64,000 bases of DNA from Mobula birostris (taxonomy: Eukaryota), in contig NC_092379.1 in the NCBI RefSeq assembly GCF_030028105.1, positions 26,095,821 through 26,159,820 on the forward strand, given 5' to 3'. Under the pieces are notes generated by a model. The model saw only the letters and a program-made list of their open reading frames with translations, was not told where the DNA came from and ran no database searches. The position numbers were made by a program, and so were the translations under genes. Below, piece after piece: positions 27,260-38,874 of this stretch; position 1 is the first letter of the stretch, and each line of letters begins with the position of its first letter.

Positions 27260-29065
27260 ATGATTATATAAAGACGAGAGGTTTAGCTAAAATGGACTTT
27301 GATCCCTTTGGGGACGAGAAAGGGGAAGTGATTGAAGGCAATGGGGAAATGGCTGAGGCTATGAACGAGTATTCTGTGTCAAGTTGCACGTTGGAGGACA
27401 CAACTCACATGACCAGGAGAGATGTTATGGATCCAATCGGAGTTTAAGACTTCGATATAACGGTTAGCACAAAACAGTTAGTTCTGAGCAAACATCTGGG
27501 TCTGAAGGCATATAAATCACCTGGTTCTAATGAAATGCATCCCAGAGTACTGAAATTAATTGTAAGTATTCTAGTAGAGGCTTTTGTGATCTTTACCAAA
27601 GCTTATTGAATACTGGGCAGGTCATAGCGGATCGGAAGACAGCGAATATCACGCCACTGTTTGAAAAGGTATGCAGGCATAAGGGTAACTATATGCCAGG
27701 TGGTTCAGCACCTGTACTTGGGAAAATGCTTGAAATTATCATTAAAGAAGAAGAGAGGCATCTGGAAAGAAATTGATCCATCAGCCAGGCACAGCATTTA
27801 TTCAGCAAAGGCAAGTCTTACTTGATAAACTTATTGGGGTTCTTTGAGAATATAACTGGTGCAGCGGATACAGAGTGACAGATGGACGTTATCTGCTTTG
27901 AATTCCAAAAGCGATCGAGAAGCTGCCGCATAAAAGAGTTATCCCTAATATAAGGAAGCGTAAATGTTCTTATGTGTTAGCATGGATGGAACATTGGATA
28001 GCAAGTACATAGCAGAGAGCTGTGGGGATACATATTTGTTACCCTAGATCAGAGTCGGTGGTCAGCGGTGTGCTGCAGGGTTAGCTGCTGGGCCCACAGC
28101 TTTTCAATGATCTGGATGAGGGGACTGAGTGTAGTCTGTCTGAGTTTGTTGATGATACTAAATTAATTGGAAAAGCAACTTGTGCAGAACACACGGAGAG
28201 TCTGCAGAAAACAAAGATAGGTTAGGCGAGTGGGCAAAATACTGCCAGATCAAGTACATTGTTGGTAAGTGCGAGGTCATCCACTTTGGAAGGCAGAATA
28301 AAAGAAAAAAAATATTATTTAAATTATAAAACTGCAGCATGTGGTTATGCAGACGGAGTTGGGAGTGTTTATACATGAATCACAAAAGTTTTCTTGCTTG
28401 TTCAGCAGGTTATCAAGAAGCCAGATAGAATTGTCGGCGTTTATTGCAAGCATGATTGAATTTAAGAGCAGGGAGGTAATGCTGCGACTGTGCAGGGTAC
28501 TGCTGAATCTGCAATTGGTGTAATGGATGCAGTTCTGGTTTCCTTACTTCAGGAAGGAGATATTGGCTCTGGAGGCGATGCAGTGATGATTCACGAGGTT
28601 GATTCCAGAGTTGAGGCGCTTAGACTATGAGGACAGATTGAAGAGCCTGGGAATGTTGCTCGCCGTAATTCAGAAGAATGAAAGGAGTCCTTATCGAAAC
28701 ATGTAAAATTATGAAAGGGATAGATAAAATTCAGGCAGCAAAGTTGTTACCAGTGTGGGTGAGACCAGAACAGCACACACATAGCCTCAAGATTCAGAGG
28801 AAGAGATGTAGGACTGCTGAGAAAGAAATGGCTTTCACAGATGCTAGTGAGACTGTTAAGTTCTCTGCCCAATGAAGCAGTGGAGACTTCCTTGGTAAAT
28901 ATTTTCAAGATAAGGTTAGATAGATTTCTGCATTTTAGGGTAATTACTGATTATAGCGTAAAAGGCAGGTAGGTGGAAATTAGACCATGACCAGATCAGC
29001 TATTATATTATTCAACGGCGGAGCAGCTTCTACAGGCCAGCTGCCTACCCTTGATTCACTTTCCT
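27260..29065 (+). mobile_element. Old CR1 ORF2 RT half with 3' end
   Basis: Remnants of KSPGxxEMHPRVLK, GKSYLINLL and FIASMIEFKSREVML; 3' end at ~29040-29065. Confidence 0.8.
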
Positions 29066-29299
29066 GTGTTGATTTGTTCTTTTTAATTTCAAAACGAAAT
29101 TCATCTTAAATGTACATTTGACTCTTTAAGATTAATCGGCCCAGAGATACCGAATCAAAAGTGGGTTCACTGTGGAGCTATCGGCCTGGATTGATTTCCT
29201 TGAACTCTCTGTGACTGTCCAAAAAAAATTGTTAAGTAGATTTGTGTTTAAGCCCGTCTTAAAATACACTCCGGGAAAGTGATAAAGGCGCGTGTTTAA

Positions 29300-31767
29300 A
29301 GACAGCACAGGGGATAAGCGTTGGTGGGATTAAGAAATTGCCTTTGACTAATGCTTGTGTTCTGACAGATGTGCAAACCGCAACGGAAATTAATTATTGA
29401 TTAGGGTTTAAAATCGATGTATTATGAAAGACATGTTCGTTCATGGAACGTTAGTTTGATAGAACGGCGCTGAAAGTTGGCATGTTAGAGCAGACAAGCG
29501 TGAAGTAACGCGAGAGGATCTATCTACTATCATTTTGAGTACCAGGAGATGCGAGGTCAAGGGCCGTCCATACTTTCGGAAAGAGCGCGGAGTTGGCAAA
29601 TGTCCCGAATTGGAAGTCCAGACTTCAGCAGATGAAGGCGGGGACAGTAAATAAATGTTCATATTTCTGCGGTTTGAGGGGATAGAATTGACTCCTGTGA
29701 TAGGTACACTGAGCGTTTCAGCAGCTGATTTACATGCTGAGTTCAGTTTGGCTATTACATCACTGGTCGGTAAATGCAGATGCACATTTCGACGTGCCAA
29801 ATTTATTGTGTGCTGACAATGTTCCGTGGAGTCAATCCCACACCAGATGGGGAAGAAGAATATGAGGCTGGATCTCAGCAGTTTTTTTTTCAGTTACTGC
29901 ATGAATGGCAGTGTTCGGATAATCTGAAACAAGTTGAGACTTCTAGAGTGCTTAAAAGCTGAAGGCGCGGATATAGTGAGTTAACCTGAGACAGCAAATC
30001 CTTTAGCTGCGAAATCTAATTATATGCAATATCTGCAGGATGCGTTCGGCTACCGGAAGTGCAGCAGACCTTAGGCTAAAGTTTAGGCACATATTCCAGG
30101 AGGAAATAGAGAAGATCGTTCCCTATATTTATAGGTGGGAGCAGCCGCTGCACAGTTTGTGCCACAAAGGTGTCAAAGAACAGTCTGAGGTAAATTGCTT
30201 GAGGATAGAGTAAGTGGTGAAAGGCGCTTTGTCACAGGACATGATTAATCTACATATTCGAATGACCCACAAGATGTAACCTACCCCATTTTTTTACTAA
30301 GTTTCTCGAGGAAGCTACACAGTAAAAACAATTGATGGAAGAGGGAGAGTCCTCCTGATGCAGAGCAGGATCCTCGGTACAAGCCACTTTGGCTAATGCG
30401 ACCCATGATGTCGCATAACCGGGGGTCTTGCAGGAAGTCGAGAATGATCGGATGGTCGATGTATTTCGGACAATAGCGATTGGTGCTGCCACCAAGACAG
30501 AGACAGGCGATAGTAGGCCCGACTCATTGTTGAAGGCACCAAGGCTAGAGCTGCTATTGAGCTGAGATGATCTTGGCACACGAAGATACGTTTTCCGCTG
30601 ATGGGTGTTAATCTCGAAGTTCATCACACACTACTGAAACAATTTAGCGCTCCCTTTTCCGAGAGATGCTACTTCGGGTAGCACCAAAGGAGATGAGGAT
30701 CTTCGGTTACTATAGCTTAAACAGATGGAAATTAACTTTTGTCATGGATAAGAGTGATCTGAGCCGGCGGGAGACACGCGTTATAAGCAGGAAAAACACA
30801 CTGTTGTAGACAGGAAGAGTAGAAAGAGGTGCTTAAAGCTGAGGGAGGTAAACATGGAGGGGAAGCACGGTGTTGCATCTATCCCCCTAGTCTGATGTGT
30901 TTCTGCCATTCAAAAATAGATTGGAGGTTCGGACACCACAAAATTCCTTTGAAAACTGTGTTATCAATTATGCGTTGACAAGTTTCAATGTCATGAGAAC
31001 ACGTCGCTTTGGTAGGGGCAGAGTGTAACACACCGTTTTTTTTTTACTTCAATATCGTAGGAATTTATTTTTTGCATTTCTGTAAAAACCGTCCGATCCT
31101 GTTTTCAGCCTACGTTGGAATTGAACTGGAGATAAAGGCCTTTGCTGTTCAACTTACGGAAGTGGTGTTTCTGAAACACGATGGTGGTATTGGGTGAGAA
31201 TACGGAAAATGCTGGTGGAGGAGTTTTATGAAGCATGTTGTTGGGCGCGGGGGTCATATTTAGTGGAATCTTAGAGAAGGCACGACGGAAAATGGCTGAG
31301 TACGGCATTCCTGCTGCATAAGGTGTTTTGTGCAGGTAAGATGTTTCAGGGAAGGAGGTCTAATACTCCCATGGAAAACCCGTTCGAATAAGATCGATTT
31401 CGAGCAATAATCGAAACGTGTGATGTGCGTTCACGTAGACGAGAATCCAAGTACCTGAATGACAGTAATGTTAACGTTGAGCTGCAATCTAAGTGCAAAA
31501 TCGGTCTTTCTCTTCTTTCTTTCTTTTCTCTGATAAAAAAAAAATACTTCACTTAACATTCATAAATATTCTTGTTTATAACTTTATGTAGTGTACGATC
31601 TGTTATTTCTTACCAACGGGCGATTGCCGTTGGTAGTATATCACACCGCATTCACGAAAATCAGGGTTTATTTGGGCGAGGATTCTGAACTTCAGCGATT
31701 TGGTGGGACCAGAGTCGTATACAGAGAAGACGTGCGAAGACTGACAAGGTGGGTTTCTCGTGTCGCA
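29300..31767 (+). mobile_element. Second Gypsy element: PNMA-like gag (29300-30800), short 3' internal segment, PPT and 3' LTR (31024-31767); pol not seen
   Basis: LPLTNACVLTDV (cf. LPVRNAGVLRGV); LLHEWQCSDNLK (cf. LDEWQCSDDVK); TTTGGTAGGGGCAGAG|TGTAACA PPT-LTR junction; LTR end gtgtcgca. Confidence 0.7.
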
Positions 31768-33312
31768 GTCCAGCGTCCGTTAACAGAGGCCAACGTACCA
31801 CATATCCAAAGACGCCAAATAGAAATGTGTTTAAATTTCCATCCAAGACTGTCTTGCCATTGGCCTGGTTTTATGTTCCCTCTCAGTGCTATGATTTTTT
31901 TTTCTCTCTAATAAAAGCCAGGAAAAGATAAATACAAAAAACAAACAAGCAAACAAACAATAAACAGATTCTGACCCGATGAAGTCACAGGCCATGTGTT
32001 CAGCAACTGCCCAGACCAACATGTGAGGAAGCCCACAATGTTGTGCCGAACGTGGAATCTACTCTAGAAACTGTCCAGAATTCCACAACAGCACAGCTCT
32101 CTAGTTTTCTAAACTCCATGTATCAACCAAAGAGTTTTATTTTTTTTTTTTAAGATCCTATTACATCCTCGTCTCTCACTGTAGCTGTCAGTGCATTCTA
32201 GAACCCATCACTTTCTGTGAAAAAAAAAAAAAAACATATCTCGGAATTCCCCCATTGCATCTATTCTGAAGCTTCTGAAAACTATCATCCTTGCGTTTAT
32301 AATTTCAGCCCTGAAAAGAACGTATAGCTCTCCACAGGATGGATAACTTTCATCATGTGAAATCCCTCTATATGGTCAGCTCTCATCCTTCCTTGCTCCA
32401 AGGAGAAAAGACCACGTTCACTCAACCTATTCTCATGAGACATGTTCTTAATTCACACATCATCCTTGTAAATCTCCACTGCACTGTCTATATAGTATCT
32501 ACATCTATCTAGTAGTGTGATGCCCAGAACTGAAAACATCGAGCACACTATCTCTATTGCAAGGTCTGACTTTACCGCCACTGCCCCCCCCGCCTCCCAG
32601 GGGTTCCGAGGCTCAGATGTGACCACAAGGCTGTTGGTCTGACTGCTTCTGCCTTCCCCAAATAGGTTTTCCCCTTCAGCAATACCGGAGGAATATACCG
32701 TTTGCTGAAGGGTATAGCGACAGGGAGACCCTGCAATATTTTTCTCCCTTTATCTATTTCTGTGCTCAGCCATCTGCTCCCCGAATTCCACAGGACGGCT
32801 CTAATCCCTTAATCAAAATAGATATATTTCAAATGCTCTTCATCCCTGATGATCCTCAGTTCATCTAACTCAAGCTCCCGCTCCTAAATGCCGGGTTTCA
32901 TGAGCTGGAGTTTGCTGCTGCACTTTTTGCAGGTGTAGTAATCAGGGAGACTATCAGTTTTCATGAATTCCGGCATTCTAACGGGGAAGCAAGTTACCGC
33001 TATGATGTCATCTTGCCTGCGCTGCACAGCGGGAAACCAAGACCAAATCTTCTTACCTGTTTCTTCGGCCTAATCCTCTTCTCGTCGAAGCTTCTTGAGT
33101 CAAAGCTTCAAGATTCCACTCTAACTGCTGGCTTAATTCCAAAAATGTAGTCCCCGAAAAGCCCCTGAAGCTCTTGTTTTATACAATCTTCGCCACTTGC
33201 CAGTAACCTCCTGGAAGTGTTCGACTTTCAGATGCCTTATCTTTCCGGGGACACGTTGAATAGCCAATTTCTGCGCGAACTCCGTTTCCAATTTAGCCGA
33301 TGACACTAACTT
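30830..33312 (+). repeat. Copy 2 of the old direct segmental duplication (paralog 12545-15553)
   Basis: Shared blocks include AATAGATTGGAGGTTC, GATCTGTTATTTC, GACGCCAAA, CAGGCCA.GT.TTCAGCAACT, ATGTGAGGAAG and CACA.TGTTGTGC.GAAC. Confidence 0.8.
32030..33312 (-). mobile_element. Old CR1 fragment patchwork, paralogous to 14230-15553
   Basis: Same order and junctions of CR1 3'-end and ORF1/5' fragments as at 14230-15553 (e.g. GGGAAA..AAGACCAAATCTTC, AGTCAAAGCTT, TTTATACAATCTTCGC..ACTTGCCAGTAACC). Confidence 0.7.
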
Positions 33313-35499
33313 AGTGGTCCGGATATCAACCGGAGATTGACGGAGAAGACGATGGAGATAGAGTTCAAATTGCACCAAATCAAGACAACAACATAAAGGT
33401 AGCAATCAAAGTATTTATATAAATCGTGCTCTTGAGCATATAATTCCTGCGACTTATGTCTGTATGTATGGATCACAGATTCATGGGTAACTGATGTTAG
33501 AAAACATAGACAGAGACAGGGAAGCAATGACAGAGAGAGAAAAAGAGGGAGAGACAGAGAGATGTTAGGTGTTTGAGGAGATGCGGCCTGGCATCTGAAA
33601 CTCTGACAAGCATATATGGATATATAGTGAGGAGTAAATTGCCTGACCGCAACTCAGCCTGTAATTGATACACCAATATCGTTCATATCTGCGGTTATGG
33701 TCTTCTGCTCGCTGGCTGAATTTTAATAAAATCATTGCAGTTTTATGCATTGTTTCATTGTCCTGATGGTAGATGATAAAGATCGTTGAAGGTCAATGCA
33801 TTACTACCAAAAATGAGTTAGCGGAATATCACATCTTTCGGATAATGTGTGCTCTCTGGTGAACTGACCCTGCCGCTCTCATTGAGGGTTTTTTTTTTTT
33901 CTTCTCTGAAGCTGCGTTGGGTCTATACCCGTAGGGATCACAAGGATAGGCGGGAACTGTGACTGGCGAGGCAAGAGTCTCAACAGGTGTGAGGCCAATG
34001 AACGAATTCAAAAGATTTGAAGTCTCACAGGTTGCAGTCGTTTCATTTTCCTCAGGGCAACTTCATGCCGCCCTAATATCATCTCTCTGTACGTCACCCT
34101 TTCCATTTCATCCTGTGCGTTCATCAATCCTGGGCGAACGGCACATTATATCTGACGGAAAACACCTAGGCTTTGTTTCCTTAATGCCCTCAGAAAATTG
34201 TAAAGAAAACAAAAATATCAAAAGGCTATATTAACTTTGAAAGGAAGAGACTCGCTCAGTGGGTACAAATGTAAGTATTAGCTATGCACGGAATAGAAGA
34301 ATGTCATGCCGGGCAGCAGTTAAATAGATGCAGAATAACGTGAAGACAGTCAACTGAATCCCATTGAAAGAAAATTAAACCATCCATATTAAACAAATAT
34401 TAATTAATTGCAACAGCTCTAATCCACCCGAAGCGTCACATTTTCCTTCATTAGAAATGCACAGTATTTGCTAATTGATCTACTGCTGAGACATCTACCG
34501 AGTTACCGTGAATAGATTTTGTTTGCATATCATCCAGGCAATCAGTTAAATCATGAATCCATCTTAAAAAAACAAGAAGAAAATCTAAAATTTGACTGAG
34601 TATCTGAGGAATTCTTGGGCTGGTAGTTTAAAAAAAAAATAATTACTGAGGGGCAGCGAATACAACTCGTTTGTTAAGAATTCTTCATTAACCATATTGA
34701 GAGTGTTTCAAGATTCTAATACGAGCAGAGTAGTAACTTCCCTTGAAGCTGGCTGTTCATCTTGTCACAGGTCTTTGCCACCTCCATGATACGTTTTTGG
34801 TATGTGAAAAAAAGCGGGTGTCCACCATTTCAATAGTTCTCGAAAATTTCTGAATGCTTCCTCAGACACTAGCACGGCTGCACGGAATTAATGCAAGTTA
34901 TGGTGCTTTAAGTAACATACTGGGAGACACTCACAACTCTCTATGGTTGCCATTTGAACCTACGATGCACCATGATGGATCTTTTTTTTTATGGTGTTTT
35001 TGAGCAAAGTATGTGGTAAAAGTAGTCCCTAAAATGCTCTGTCCCCTTAAGCGTATAGGAGTAGCAGTTTTGCCGTTCCAATTATGCCAAACAGTCTAAG
35101 TGACTGAACGATGAGCACCGTGAGACATCCTTAGACCTCGGAACTCTATATTCCCAACCATTACGATAAAAGCACTACTGATACAAAAGAAGTGATATCC
35201 TACCGTATCTTCCACAATCTGCAAGGGGTTCATACCACTAATCACACAGAAAAAAAAAAAGTTACTTTGCACCTGTCACACTCGACACTTTCCTCAAATA
35301 TCACTCTCTTGTTGATTCCCTTGTCCATTCGCCCTTCCCGACAGATCTTGCTGGCACTTATACTTGCTAGCATAAACAACGTTACACCTGCCAATTTACC
35401 TCTAGGTCAGCACCACACAGGGCACAAACCTAAATGTCCTTCCAGATGAGATGAAATTGTACCAACAAGTATTTTGGTGTCATTCCTTAACAGGAATGC

Positions 35500-38390
35500 G
35501 TGTGAAGAGCGATATTTTTAATCAGTACGGCGATTGAGATTGCTAAAACGAGATTAGGTCTGGGTGAGGTAATACTCCTTTAAGTTACTCACTGACGTTA
35601 GGTGTTTTTTCCACATCCACGAGTACATGAAGGATTAGTCAGAATGGCTCCAAGTGCATGTTCTCGACGCTGTCTGGGATGTGGGCCGTCTGACAGCCGC
35701 CTGTGCCAGAGATGCACATATCTGCACTACGTTCCCTGAATTGCAAATATAATAAGTTGTATTAAGGAACTGGAGCTACAGCTTGATGAGTCACGTGGGG
35801 AAATGAGCAAGTGATCGGCAGGAGCTACAGAGAGATAATAACACCTGGGTTCCAGGTGGCAAGTTAACCGGTATCTATCAGGAGAAGGTGGGAAAATTCA
35901 CAACCAGTCGCAAGTACCTATATGGCCGTTACCCTCCATAGCAACTTTGATGGCAAATACCTACCAGGGGACAGCCATTTTAATGGAATTGTGGCACTGA
36001 TTCTGGTGCTGTGGCTCAGAAGAACAGCGAAATGAGGAGGACTGCAAGGTTGCCGGGAAACCGCTTATTCTGAGGAGCAATACGAGTGTATGTGGACGCC
36101 ATAGAAACTTCGAGATGGTATGTTACCTCCGTCGTGCCAGGATGAGGAATCTCTCGGTTGGGGTCCATAATTTGCTGACGGGCAACGGGCTGGATACCTT
36201 GTTGCATATTGGCAACAAATAAATAGCTGGATAAGTTGAAGAGATCCTGAAGAAAGAACTTAAAGAGCTATAATGAATCCGAGAAACAGGAAATCTGTAG
36301 TATTAATCTCCGGATTGTTTCCCGTGTCACATGCCATTGAGGGCGAGAATGGAACCACTTGACAGCTGAATACGTTGCGCTGGAACTGGTGAAAAAGACA
36401 GTTGTCAAGATTTATGCATCATTGAGATTCTTCTGTCAAAGGTATGAACTATCGAAATGGGACGCTATGCAGCTGATTCCGAGGGGATCCAATCACCTTG
36501 CCAACATATCGCCTAGAGGTGTTCTGGTTCGTTAACCTAACTTAGCAGGACGTTGCGAACCTCAGTCATAGGGCTGAAAATGATGTAGTAAGCTTGGAAA
36601 TAAAGGCAATCGCTCTTGTGACCCCAAACACGATGATGGCGCAAACGTGGTGCCAACGGGTTATGACGCAATGTATAAATGAGAAAACAAATTAAAATGG
36701 ACTGAACATGCTTTATTTGAATGTGCGCAATGTACCGAAGATGTAACTTGCATCAAAGATTAGTATGCACGATGTCGTAGGCATAATTTCAAATAAAACA
36801 TATTGATTCGAAAATTTAGGCAGGAAGGGAGAGAGGTTGGCGTTGTTCTGTTCGAGTACGCCAACCCGTCCCCTATTAGAGTACCTTGTGGTTGAGCCTA
36901 TTCGGGGAACATCCTTTCTGGGTTTAATGTTGTAGTACGATACGGAATTGATGACAGTGTGTTCGGTAAAAGAAACATTCGGGGCAAGTGATCGAATTCA
37001 TCCTGAATCTTGAGATGAAGAAGCTAAAGTCAGATGTATCATTATATACTTGGAGTAAAGGGAATTAGAGAGGCATGAGAGAAGTGAGGGAGGAGTTGAA
37101 CAGAATTGATTGTAAAAGATCTTTAGCAGGGATTAGGAAGGCGAGAGTGAATGCCGCTCAGCTGGAAACAGTTCTGCAGAGAAATAATAGGGTACATGGA
37201 AATTGCGGGTGTATTGGAAAAAAAAATCTTGCATCAGTTTTCAATGTGGAAGACACTAGCAGAATAGTGAAAATCCTCTTTTAGTGGTAATGAAGTGCAT
37301 GAAGTTGTATTCACTGGGAAGATTGGATTTTGGAAACTGGAAGTTCTCAACGGAGGTAAGTTATCTGGACCAAAGAGTGTATGCTCGGGATTCAGAAATT
37401 GGTGGCTGAAGTGATTTTAGGGTGATTATTAATGATATTTCAAATATTACTATATTCTGTAATGTTTCTGGAAGACAGCAACATTGCAAATGCCACTCCG
37501 CTTTTGAACAGGGGGAGAGGCAGATTAATTATGCGCCTGTCAGTCTGACTTCAGTGTTTAGGAAGATGATGGCTTTGATTGATAGATATGAGGTTTAGGG
37601 GTACTTGGAGGCAAATGATAAGGAAAGACAGTGGTAGGCGTGGATTCGTCATTGGGAAATCTTGTCTAACAAATCTGTTGGAATTCTTTGACGACATAGC
37701 AAGCAGGATAGACAATCGGTTGATTTGGTATATTTGGATTTTTCAGAACGCCCATGAGAAGCCGTCACATTTGCGGCTGCTTAACCGCAACGAGTCCATG
37801 GTATCAATGCACAGATTCTGACATGGATCAAGCAGCGGTTGCCTGACAAGACGCAAAGAGTGAAAGTAACGGGAGCCTTTTCTGGTTGACTGCTGGTGAG
37901 TGGTGGTGTTACACAGGGGATTGTGTTGGGACCGATTATATTTACGTTAATTGTTAATGACTTGGATTATGGAATTATTGACTTTTCAGGATACGAAGGT
38001 AGGTAGAGGGATAAGAAATTTTGAGAACGCAGGGAGGCTACGGAGGAACTTAGCCAGGTTAGTAGAAAGGATAGGAAGGGCAGATGGTACACAGTGTGGA
38101 GAATCGTAAGGGAGATGAACGTTTTGACAAATTGGATGGATAGATGATAGAAGTCAAAAAGTCAGGCAAAGGAAATAGGGAATGCTTGTGCACGATTACC
38201 TGAAGGTTAATATGCAGGTTCAGTTGCGACGAGGAAGGCAAATGAAATGTTCACATTCATTTCAATAGGTCTAGAATATAAAGGCAAGGATATAATGTTG
38301 AGACGTTATAAAACACTGCTGAAACCTCACTTGGAGTATTACGAGCAGCTTTAGTCCCGGTACCTTAGAAAAGAAAGTATGCGCTGAAAT
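35500..38390 (+). mobile_element. Very old CR1 LINE with internal deletions
   Basis: ORF1-like tgtctgggatgtggg and esterase remnants; GKSCLTNLLEFFDD (37579-37821); KPHLEYY remnant near 38320. Confidence 0.7.
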
Positions 38391-38860
38391 CTATTGCAAT
38401 ACTGTACAAACGCAAGATTTCTTAAATCATCAGTCTTTGTATACATTATACTGTTCTCTTCGTCCCATACATGACTTACTGTGTAGAGGTATGGGGAAAT
38501 ACATACAAAACAAATACAAACTCAATGTTTTAACTCCAAAAGAAAACCCATACGACAAGTTATTATGAGCCAACCGATCTACTGTTTATTCAGCTAAACA
38601 TTTTAAAATTCAGAGGTTTCGAAGATTTTAAAATAATAGAAAGTATGTATAAAGTATAAAAATGGACAGTTACCACCAGGAATACAAAGATTGCTTGAAA
38701 TGAGAGAAAGTCAACATGATTTGAGAGGAACATGTATATCTCAAAAACAAAGGATAAAAACAAATTTCCAAAAAAAAAAAAACAACAACAACAACTTAGT
38801 ATTTCAGTCATAGGGGCGAATCTATGGAACAGTTTACTAAGAAAATAAATAAAAAAAAAA
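38390..38860 (+). mobile_element. AT-rich L2/Crack-like LINE 3' fragment
   Basis: Plus strand LYCSLRPIHDLLC / YMTYCVEVWGNTYKTNT..LQKK..YYEPT.LLFIQLNILKF..LPPGIQRL..LRG...LWNSL, typical of the post-RT C-terminus of CR1-group (L2/Crack/Daphne) LINEs. Confidence 0.6.
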
Positions 38861-38874
38861 ACATGCACACACTT

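Noticed and set aside
29140-29175. CACAGTG heptamer on the minus strand
   Set aside because: No nonamer at 12 or 23 nt and no V or J coding end adjacent.
31591-31911. 106-aa plus-strand ORF
   Set aside because: Spans the LTR end; the paralog at 13360-13670 has stops and a frameshift.
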